NCBI RefSeq assembly: GCF_036321535.1 | Contig: NC_087436.1 | Span: 28,398,001 to 28,462,000, forward strand | Direction of reading: 5' to 3' | DNA: 64,000 nucleotides | Source: Camelus dromedarius | Lineage: Eukaryota | Shown here: piece by piece, positions 53,862 through 64,000 of the stretch | How positions within the stretch are numbered: the stretch's first letter is position 1 | How the letters are laid out: every line of letters begins with the position of its first letter | The notes under the pieces: model-generated | What the model was told of the DNA's origin: nothing | Databases searched by the model: none | The model's input: the letters and a program-made list of their open reading frames with translations, nothing else | Program-made: the position numbers and the translations under genes

Positions 53862-54030
53862 TGAGTACTCCCTAACCTTTAATATGCATACAAATCACCT
53901 GTGTGTTTTGTTAAAATGAAGGCTGTTGTGATTCTGTAGGTCTTGGGTGGCACCTGAGATTCTGAATTTCTAATAGTTCATAGATGTTACAACTATTGCT
54001 GCTACAGAGAGAACACTGTAGCAAAACTTT
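53862..54030 (+). mobile_element. MER5-type hAT-Charlie MITE
   Basis: 'tgcatacaaatcacctg...ttgttaaaatg...gattctgtaggtct..ggtggcacctgagattctgaatttctaa'. Confidence 0.75.
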
Positions 54031-55028
54031 AGGCAACTTCTGAAGAATTACTACGTATGTTCACCTGATGGTGGTCAGGATTGGGAGAAGAACAGATGGA
54101 AGCAAGCACTTCTTGAAGACTGGCACTCTGTATTGAAGCTATCTAAAAAAATTCATAATCAGGAGAAACTGATGGTTTGATTGATTTTGACTGGTGAGAT
54201 TGGAGGAGTAACTAGACTCCAAGTTCATGAAGATTATTTGGGAATTAGCAGCAACTGCAATTTAGCTTTTAATGGCAGTGATTCAAAGAAGCTAGATATC
54301 CAGGCATATTTAGAAAACAGCAGTGCCCACAGCATCAGACTAAACCAAATGGAACATACAGGTGATCTTGGACAGGTCAAATGGTATCAATATTGGCTAA
54401 AAAAAAAAAAAATGATCAGAAAGAAACTAAGAGACAAAATGCAGCCAATGACAAACAAATGGCAGGGCCTAGAAATGGTATCTAACAAAATTAATTGATT
54501 ATACCCACCTCACCCCACTCCACACCCCATTTTGGTTGTAAAATAAATTTTACTACTACCTGCCTTGGTGGTGGAACATATCTACTAAAGTCATGGAAGT
54601 AGTAGAATTAAGACTAATAGAAAATACAAGAAAGTCATTTCAGCTCACTGTAAGGGAATCATTTTCTTAAAACATGATGCATGTACCTAAAAAACAAAAT
54701 AAACAAAAGATCATAGTGGATGGTCTTACATTATAGTATATATATAGTGTAATTTTTGAAAACAATGGAGCCACTCTACCTTTTATAGATTTTTAAACAA
54801 GGATTCCTGTTTTAGATAAAATAGACAAATTTCAAAATTCCTTCCTAAGTTACAATTTTATGATGCTAAGATTTTAAGAGAAAGTCATACAATGTTAGGG
54901 TTCTTACTGTTTTACAGCACCCAATCGATCTCCACTCAAAATGTTTATATAAAAACCCCTCTAAAATGAGCATGTCATCCTCTTACTCTGAAACCTCCAC
55001 TAGTTCTCCTTCTGACGCTGACATGATG

Positions 55029-55564
55029 TGTAGGGGATGAAAAATAATTTCCCTCTACTATTCTGGTTTCTTGGCTGAGCCTGTCTCCTGTAATTTACAC
55101 ATTAAAAGTTAAATTTAAAAAAAACAAATTCATGTGTGGAAGTCCCACAAAGATATGAGACTGGAAGAAGTGACTAGAGATGGAGATTTTACACTTTTTA
55201 GACAAGATAAATAAATAAATTTGAGAAGAATTGACAAGACAGAGGAATTTGGGCCAGGAGTAATAAATGGTGAAGACCCAACTAGGAAGATTTGGGTTAG
55301 TTTAACAAAGTTTGTTTGTATCACCTTCTTGGCCCTAAATTCCCTGTCCTCTGATGAGAGGGTGCTTTCTGCCCTCCTAGTACAGGGAGGGTGTCTTTCC
55401 TTTCATCTGGAAGGTTCATCTCCTGTTTTCAGGGAAGGAATCGTAAGGTGGAGGGAGGTCAGAGTAATCTTCTTGCTTCTGCCATCTTCTCAAACTCCTT
55501 CAACTTAAGATATTCAGTATACCAAGGTGTCATATTTTGGGGTAGCACATCCAGAACCCCATCT
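55029..55564 (-). mobile_element. MER34-family ERV1 solo LTR
   Basis: Starts TGTAGGGG; right end 'ccaaggtgtcatattttggggtagcacat' is the antisense of the MER34 5' motif atgccaccccaaaatatgcc. Confidence 0.8.
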
Positions 55565-55880
55565 CATGTCATATTCTATATTTATTTGTACAAAGTAAAA
55601 TCCACTTATCCTACTGATAAGAATCCCTAAGTGCCATTATCTTATCTCAATCATCCTTTAAAGGCACATGTTCCATTATTTCTTTATACTTTCCTTTCCA
55701 GCTAAACTCTTTACTGCTTATTCTCTGAGCTGATTTGGGCTCTTCCACCTCTTCACTGTACTTATGAAATTATTTTAAGAAATACTGAGCAACTACTGTG
55801 TTACATGTCAATTACCTTGCTTTTCCTGAATATTTTTTGTCCATTGGTCTATCTGTTTACCTATTTTTCCTTTATCTACC

Positions 55881-56510
55881 TGTCATGGATTGAATTGTGT
55901 CCCCTCATGAATTTGAATTATGAATTCAAATTCTTATATTGTCTCCTAAGCCCTAGTTCCTTAGAATGTCACTGTATTCAGACTTCGAATTTCTTTTAAA
56001 AAAAATGTTTATTGAAGTATAGTTGATTTACAATGTTGTGTTGGTTTTTGCTGTACAGCAAAGCGATTCAATTATATATGTATATGTATATACATATATA
56101 TATATACACACACATATATATATATTCTTTTTCAGATTCTTTCCCATTATAGGTTATAACAAGATGTTGAATATAGTTCCCTGTGCTATACATTAGGACT
56201 ATGCTATTTATCTATTTTATATATAGTAGTGTGTATCTGTTAATACCAAGCTCCTAATTTATCCGTCCCCTCCAGTCTTGGAATTTTTAAAAAGTAACTT
56301 AAAATTAGGTCTTTGGAGGAGAGGGAAGTATTCCAATTAGACTTGTGTCCTTATAAGAGGAGACTAGGACACATAACACAAAGACAGAGGGGCAACCACA
56401 TGAGGACACAGCAAGAAGGCAGCTATCTGCAAGCATAGGAGAGAGACCTCATGAGAAACCAAACCTGCAGACATCTTGATCTTGAACTTCTAGCCTCTAG
56501 AATTGTAGAA
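55881..56510 (+). mobile_element. MLT1A/B MaLR LTR, interrupted by an L1 tail
   Basis: 'tgtcatggattgaattgtgtcccc...gtgtccttataagagg...catgaggacacagcaagaaggc...catcttgatcttgaacttctagcctctagaattgt'. Confidence 0.85.
55993..56272 (-). mobile_element. Short L1 3' tail inserted in MLT1
   Basis: 'tttattgaagtatagttgatttacaatgttgtg' antisense tail; TSD cagacttcgaattt (55979-55992) / cagtcttggaattt (56273-56286), 12 of 14 identical. Confidence 0.9.
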
Positions 56511-56934
56511 AGAAACAATGTAGAAACAAAAGCATAATGTTTCAATATATTTTCAAAAATAGTTTATATGTATTCTGTATGTCTCATTTATTTACATATC
56601 TGTATCTTTCTATATTCCATACATATGTATATTCTGTATCTATCAATATTTATGTAGCTATAGATACATGTACTCACAAACATGTATAGATCTATATATA
56701 TAAATGTTGAATTCTTCCTTTGTACTTTTTGGGGACATACCAATTTTGTTTACATTGTCATACCATTAAATTATTTGGAAATTCTTTTATATGGGACTTA
56801 GATTACTTGCAAGTACAACTTCATTCTGTTTGACTAATTATTCACGTTTTACCATGATTGGCTGTTAAACCACACCTCTATACAAGTTACGTTCAGAGTA
56901 GCAAACCAAATCTGTGTCATCCCTTTTCCTTTGA

Positions 56935-57100
56935 GGTACTGGTTTTCCAGTTTGGCTGGACGTGAGCAATGCCTGGGAACTTTTTAAATATTGCAATTCT
57001 CAGGCTACATATCTGGAGATTATTACTTAATTGTCCTGGGGTGGATCATGTTCATCTGTTATTTTTTTTAAATGTCCCAGGTGATTCTCATAGTTAACCA
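56935..57100 (+). mobile_element. MER5-type hAT-Charlie MITE
   Basis: 'tggttttcca...cctgggaactttttaaa...ttaattgtcctggggtgg...cccaggtgattct'. Confidence 0.65.
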
Positions 57101-57265
57101 AGGGAAGTAATTAATATTCTATGAATCTTGAGAAACAATTGGGATTTTTGTTGTTGTTCCATACCTCACTGATGAGCTCCTCCATTAAGGCAGCAACTTA
57201 TAACATCATTACATCATTTTGTTAATCTTGAAGGCCATTTTTCTTCATTATATGTAAGTAAAATA

Positions 57266-57582
57266 CAAGCATACCTCAGATAGAGCTGGTTCAGGTCCAG
57301 ACCACTGCAGTAAAGTGAGTATCATAACAAAATGAGTCACGTAAATTTTTTTAGTTTCCCAGTGCATAAAAAAGCTACATTTTACACTATACGATAGTCT
57401 ATTAAGTGTGCAATAGCATTATGTCCAGAAAAACAATATATATATCTTAATTTAAAAATACTTTGTTAGATATTGCTAACCATCATCTGACAACTCAGGG
57501 TTGCCACAAACCTTCAATTTGTGAAAAACACAATGTCTGAGAAGTGCAATAAAGCACAGCGCAATGAAGGGAAGTCTGCCTG
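57266..57582. mobile_element. Tigger1-derived MITE (~317 bp)
   Basis: Tigger1-type TIRs CAAGCATACCTC / GAAGTCTGCCTG, TA on both sides (57264-57265, 57583-57584), no transposase. Confidence 0.9.
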
Positions 57583-59329
57583 TAAAATACATTTTGCAGA
57601 AAGTCATATAGCAGGCTTGGGAACTATTGACTTGTCTAGGAATTATTTTATTTAACTACTTAGTTAAAGCTAGTGTTTGTCAAATTGTGTGCAAAAGTCT
57701 AAATACCTAGGGATATCTTAGGTAGAGAGGGATGCCATTACTTAATATTTGCAGGAACAATAAAATCTTTCAAGTGAAATTAGGTTTGTGTGGGCTGGAT
57801 CATTTAAAAACAATTTAAAGTCTGCTTTGGAGAAGTGGAATATTTTTAATTTTATAAAATGAAAAAAAATCTAGCCTGCATACCAAATGTCGACATATTC
57901 AAGTTAAAGCATGGATTGAATAAAACATACACATTTTTGTATATAACCTAAAGTCAGATGTGAATTGAAAGGGTAATCTATTTTTAGCTATGATGGAAGC
58001 CTTACCATATATTTATTCAGGAGAGGATTTATTGGCCTTGCTTCATACTTTATCCACACATGTACTGAATAAATGACACTATTGCAATTCCCCCAATCAA
58101 TCTAAACAGTCAAATAACTGAAAGCTGCCACAAAAAAAGGCTACTGCTGCTTTTCCTTTTTCTGACTTATTTGGTTATTAATTCCCAGAGTTTTATAAAA
58201 AGAAAAAAGTTGCTTATAATCTGAAATTGACAGTTTAGTGATGCATGAGAGGGTTTTGTTTATTCGTTTTTCTTTTTCTGTTTTTGAGAAAGGTAGAGAA
58301 GACTCCTCTCCTCTCTACAATTTTTCAACTTTTCCTGTTCAGTTAAAGTACTCATGACAACATCAAGTAAATCCAAGGGAAAAGCTTATTAGAAATAAAG
58401 TCTTTCATCAACCAAAATGTGTGATGTTTGGAAGCAGAATTTTGGACAAGTTTATCTCATGCAAAAGAAAATATTCTGGTCTAAAATGTGTTAATTACCT
58501 AAATTAAAAATTTCAGTAGGAACAACTCTGAGTCATTTTTGCTACTAAAGTTTACTGTACTGCAAAACTTTAAAATGCAAATAAAGATTCAACCTATCAG
58601 AGGAACAGTATTTTACCTTTAAGTTAAATGTCCTCTACGTTTATAACTGGGTACCTCAATTTTGGACTCCATAAATACACTAACAAATAAACAGGGATTT
58701 AACTACAGTGGGCAGCTTTACTAATCATAGTATAAAGTAAAACACAAAATTATTTGTATAGGTCTTTAGACTTGGAAATTACAGAGATTCCAGAGCTGAT
58801 TCACATGTTAGCTGCTGTTAGTTTTTTAATGTTTCCTTCCAAAAAATTTGTTTTTAACAGGAAATACATATTTCCTTGAGAAGACAAAAGGCAGAAAAAA
58901 GGAAATGTGTCGCTAAAAGTCATATTTTATGTCTTCATTATAGTTATAAATAAACTCCCAATTAAGGCTCTATACATATGTTTATTCCTTCCTTAAAGGA
59001 TTACTTGTTAGAATTTAGATAGCCCTCAGAGTAATTTTTTATCTAAAATTGCAAAGGAATTTCCTTCAGTGAACACTCTGAACTATTATTTATTGGTCTG
59101 ACATTATAATAACGTGTCATATTTGGCTTTATATTTGGCTTTGTTTTGTAGTAATGGGTCACCTTTAATTGGTCAACAAAATGCTTTGAGATCCTTCTAC
59201 AAAGTGCCTAGAAGTGTACAATCCAGGATAAAATTTGATCTGTGTTTGACGGTACATTTGGCAACAGTAAAAAAATGAAAAAGGGCTCCTTCTTTTTTCA
59301 CTCTTTTACAAAAACAGATAGATTAAGTG

Positions 59330-60260
59330 CATATACATCTATGCTGCATTATCGTGTTCATGCATTCGGTACACATGTTGAATTGTCCTCCAGATATAAC
59401 ACTTTTAGGGATAATTGCTGACTAAAATCAACCTACCTTTTTAATACACGGCGTCCAAACAAAATGCATGGGTTTTGGTTAATCAAATTTCAAATTTATA
59501 TAAAGTAAATAACCTGCTATTCAGTTTCTGAATTTTAGTAAGTGTGCACTGGACACTTAAAAGTTTTTACATTTATAAAAATTCAATTTTCGGAGACTGT
59601 GCAGTTTCCATCTTCATTCAGTCAGAATGGATTTGTATCGAAAAGGAAGAGATGGACTGTAATTATAAAGTTGTTTGATGCTCTTAATTCAATTCATGTG
59701 CTGCTGCTTGGAGTTCCAGCTGCATGATCAAAATGTCGCGTCTGGCTCTTGAATTTTCCAAAGCAGTGAGAGAGATCTCCGAAGGACAGCAGCGGAAGGG
59801 GAAAGCAGCGCGTTTGCTGCGGTAGAAATGAATGCAAATGGCATCTCCGTTCATTTCATTCACAGCAATCTGTCACCTTTTAGTTTCTCTTTCCAGACAG
59901 AAATAGGGGATAATGCTGGAAATAGTAATGCATAAGTGGACAGGGTCTGACCATTAAAATGTTTACCATTTCCAGAATGATGCCTGCAGATGTTACAAAA
60001 TTGAAACTGGATAGGTGTTAGAATTGCTGCCGGTTTCTATTCATTTGAATGGCAGCAACCCAGAACTCTCTTTTATGGTTTCGTGTGGAGGGGCAATCCA
60101 TTATCTTTTTTTCCCCTTTCTGGGATCAAATAGTATTTCTCTGAAGAATGCATCCCTGTGGTAAGCAGCCATGGAACCAGTATTATGAGGTTTGAATGTC
60201 AAGCTTATTTCCAAATTCAACTCCTTTACAATTGCAGGGTTGACTAAGGAATTGAAATCC
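59330..60260. promoter_or_regulatory. Candidate conserved non-coding element with retained CpGs
   Basis: Repeat-free; 8 CpGs in 59737-59849; octamer ATGCAAAT (59832-59839); several short inverted repeats. Confidence 0.5.
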
Positions 60261-60869
60261 CAGTTATGTAATTGATTTTTAGAAGTTTTGAATAGAAAAC
60301 TCTTCCTTCAAAATAAGCGTTAAAAAGACTTACAGGAAATAAAAAGTAGCAGAGGAGAAAAAAATAGTTACATCATTTAGAATTCTTGAAAGATTGTATG
60401 GCTGCCAAATGACCAATATTTACATACTAGATTTGAGCAAGTAATTTTGTCAGCACTTTTTGTAAATGAGGAAAATGAAGCATAGAAAGGTTAAGTATAT
60501 TTTTTCGAAGAGTCACATACTTGGTTAGCCTAAGGTTGTAACACTTAGGGTCTTTTTTTTTTTTTTTTTTTTTTTGAGAGACAAGTGTCTATACCTGCCT
60601 TTCAATGTTGCACTGAACATAAAACCTAAATGAAATAGTCATATTTGTTTTAGAAAAAAAAATTGTATTAAAAGATATAGTGAGTTCAGTAGTAAAAAAA
60701 ACATACAGCATGTTATTCTTAGACATGTTTTAAATTACTATAGAATATTATGCCAGGAAACAACTCATAGATTCTTATTTAAAGAGAAAAATCAGATTGC
60801 ATGTAAATTGCTGCCCTGGTTCTCCCCAACCCCTATTTAATACAACATTCTACAAAGACTTGTCTAATA

Positions 60870-61560
60870 CTTGCTGGTTTTAATTTTCTTTTTCTTCTTC
60901 TTAAACTCACTTGAGTCAAGCTTTTATCCATACACATATGTAAATATTCTTGGCAAGGTTATCAAAAATCTCCACATTTCGAACTCCAATGATCAATCCT
61001 CAGTTCTCATCCTACCTGACTTAGTACTTGACATAGTGGCTCACATGTCCCTTCTTCAGACAGTTCTCTGCTTGGTGTTTTAGAACATCACAGCCTCCTG
61101 GTTTTCCTCCTCATCACAGCAACCATTCCATCTCCTCCTTATGCTAGTTTCTCTTCAGTTCCCCACCCTCTGCACAGTCAAGTGGTCTGACTACCATTTC
61201 TATCTACTTTTTCTTTGCAGTCAGCCACTTCTATAACTTTAAATGCTACCTATGCATTGATGAGACCTAATTTTTATCTAAAAAAAATGGGTATCTCCCA
61301 TTAATTCCAGATATGTATATATAATCACCTGCTTGACAATTCTATTTGGAGTTCTAAATAGGTAACTAAAACTTAGCATGTTTAAAATCCAAGCCAAAAT
61401 CTTAATCTCTCCCTTCTCCTCATCAGTCTTGATGCTGTCTTCCCCACGCAGCTAATGGCGACTCCATCCTGTAAGACATCTGCCCCCTTAACTTGGAATC
61501 AGCCTCGCCTTCTTTCTCTCTGCAGTCCATCAGCAAATCATACTAGTTTTATGCCTTCCC
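60870..61560 (+). mobile_element. L2 fragment (RT region)
   Basis: 'tctggcaaggttatcaa...tccaatgatcaatcctcagttctcatcctacctgac...ctcctggttttcctcct' L2 motifs. Confidence 0.8.
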
Positions 61561-63659
61561 ATAAATTTCTGTAGTAAACATTACATTATATTTATATATA
61601 TTTATATATAAAATCGTTCTAGTACTCTGTGTCCATGCACTTGATAGGAGGCAAATGAGGTTAAAGTTAAAGGTAAATCCCCTAGTCTCCCCTTGCAAGT
61701 AGATTGCTGTTCTTAAACCTCCTTTTTAAATAGTATGGAGCATGTAAGACTGCTGTAAGTGTTGAAAGCCTCAGAATTTAATGAATACATATATTTTTCC
61801 AGGTGTCAAAAAAAATAATAATACTATTTAGGATAATTAAATGCATTTCTGAGCCTCTTCCTATCTGGCAGAAGCTTAAAAAGAAGTCGATCTAGTCATT
61901 ATTTTCATCAAGATTGCTGATGACAAAACAAAGATATTAAGTCGAAATTGGTTTCTCAGTTAGGAGCAATGATATAAAAAGAAACAATAGGACCAAATGG
62001 AAATAACAGAAGTCATGAAGTTGGAAAAATGAGACGAAAATAAGATGGCAGACCAAAACCCTTCAGAATGTAATCTACAGGCCTAAGAAGGATGCCAGGC
62101 ACTAGGTAGGCATCCAAGTACTTGCTAAATGAATAAATGTTGCAGAGACCTTTTCCAACCCCTGAGAATGCATTTTCACAGTCATTCTAGATATGTTTAG
62201 AGGAGCTAAGACAGGGAGCAGACTCCAAAGCTGAATTATGAATATATAGTCTAAAAAAAGAAAACATTTTTGGAACATAGGGTTTCTTTTTTCCTTCCTT
62301 CTCTCCTTCCTTCCTTTTTTTTTTTCTTTTTTGCTATTCCGATGTATTTGATTGGTCTGCAAAGAGTAAAATATTGCAAAAGTGGTTTCCATTTGTTGTT
62401 TGTAAGTTATTTCAAAGATATAGCAGCTTGAGAATAAAAATTCTTTTTTCCCCCTTTCTTTCTCAAGTCTGATGTTCAGCTGTTTAGTGGAGGCAACATG
62501 AGTTTCTTTTGAGTCCTTTCATGTAATCTTTGAATCTTAAAAAGTATGTCAAGAATCTCCGAGATTCTAAATTTAAATTGTCTTCAAACATCATACACAA
62601 ACTGAATGTAAGTACTCCCTTGACAAATAGGCAGCATTTGCCAAGGTGTATTTTTTTCTTCTTGATAACTGCTTATATAGGCTTGGGCAGGTAATCAAAT
62701 TCTCACAAGCATTTTCTCCTCAACTAAAAATAATGAAACAATTACAATACACCCTGCATGCCACCAGATTGCTCCCCATTGAACAGGATGAGGTGATTTT
62801 TCCACCATCTGATGTTTTAAGCATCCATGGATAATTGCTCCATAGTCTTATATTTAAATGATCTTTAGAAGATAACACTTTCTAAATCTCCTTCCCAGAA
62901 TGTTATGCAAGTAGCATTTTTACATAATCTGCATAAGAATATAGAGCTTCACTAAAATTGCTGGATACCAAATGTGATCTTAAATGTGTTATTAAAAATG
63001 TAAGATCAATTTGACAAAAATATATTTATACATTTTCTATTGACTTGGTATTTATTTCTTTAGTTTTGAAAAACCTCAAGGCTAAGCAGGATCCCTACTT
63101 AGAGATAAATGAAGTGTATGAGATGTTTGCCAAAAGGTGTCCTGATGCTCTCAGGGAAACATTGCAGATATCCTGGTAGAGTTGATAAAGATACTACTTT
63201 AGAAGATGGTGGACATTTTCCCCTCAGTCTCTGAATTAGTAATAAGTTACTGAAAATGTATAATACCCAGAATGAGATTTATTGTCTGAAAATGACATGA
63301 GGTACAGATAGTGTGGGAGGATTGTTCAGGCTTCCGTGTATTTTTGTGAAGGATTTGCTCACTGTAGTTTGACACTCGAATTTGCTTATCTTTACTTAAT
63401 TGAAAGTTCAAAAAGTTAATCCTGAGTTGTTTTTATGGCATAAGTACTTTATTACTATCCATCAAATTTAAAGTTTTACAAAATAAATTTTGTAATTTTC
63501 CAATCCTGTAATGTCCCCCCAACTGTCAGTATGAGAACCTCATGTCTATGTGTTTACCCTTCAACCCACTTTGATCTTCTGACTTACTCTGAAGATATCC
63601 AACTTTTATTTCAAATTATTTTATTGTACTGGCTACCAAGAAGGTCACTAAAATAAGTA

Positions 63660-64000
63660 ATTAATAACCCACTTGTTTATTCAAAAAGTGTACTGAGTAT
63701 TTACATTTTGCAAAGAAAAGCTTTAGGCCCTGGGAATACAATAATAAACAAAACTGACAAAATACTTGGCTTCAGGAGCTTACAGTCTCACGGGCCTCAC
63801 TATTAATAAAGACTAATGTCAATTAATGATAAATGCATTGAAGAACAAGCAGTAGAGTGAAAGGATTGGCATGAGTAGGAGTGCAGGTTTAGACAGAGGG
63901 ATCTGAAAGGAGTTCTTAGTGAGAAGGGGAGACTTGTAAGCAGACTTCTGACTGAAGTTTGGAAGCTGGCCAAGGGGTATGTACGGGAAGAAAATTTCCC
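63660..64000 (-). mobile_element. L2 3' end, runs off window
   Basis: 'ttattcaaaaagtgtactgagtatttac...taggccctgggaataca...ggagcttacagtct' antisense L2 tail. Confidence 0.75.

Noticed and set aside
59776..59795. REST/NRSE site
   Set aside because: Only the right half (GGACAGC) matches; left half TTCAGCACC absent
59825..59857. Known pre-miRNA
   Set aside because: Stem only about 10 bp and no mature sequence I recognise; kept only as a structural observation
1..64000. tRNA, rRNA, snRNA/7SK/Y-RNA copies, numts, CpG-island promoter, CRISPR array
   Set aside because: No matching signatures seen by eye; very diverged copies could be missed without Infernal or BLAST

Overview
AT-rich, CpG-depleted placental-mammal genomic DNA, intergenic or deep intronic. 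I found no supportable protein-coding exon, RNA gene or CRISPR array. The ORF-track entries I could assign are L1 ORF2 relics or microsatellite translations; the rest look like chance ORFs. Much of the window is recognisable transposon debris: L1 fragments of several ages, a decayed ERVL provirus (integrase, dUTPase, LTR16-type 3' LTR) hit by two ERV1 solo LTRs, MER21/MER34/MLT1/MLT2 LTRs, Tigger and hAT MITEs, L2 and MIR. The youngest L1 3' tails, plus no visible Alu, B1/B2, Bov-tA/BovB, PRE1 or Can-SINE, suggest a cetartiodactyl, probably a camelid (inference). Several non-repetitive blocks rich in homeodomain/TALE/POU motifs look like conserved non-coding enhancers, but conservation cannot be shown from one sequence. 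Best sequence-level observations: a ~600 bp inversion that splits an MLT2 LTR and can be reconstructed from its TSD, nested insertions with TSDs, a perfect 15-bp hairpin in an old LTR, a CpG-retaining hairpin-rich block near 59.8 kb, and an unidentified 3'-UTR-like segment at 26.4-27.1 kb. I see no evidence of a new multi-gene system. Repeat family names come from remembered consensus similarity, not a database search; boundaries are approximate unless a TSD is quoted.
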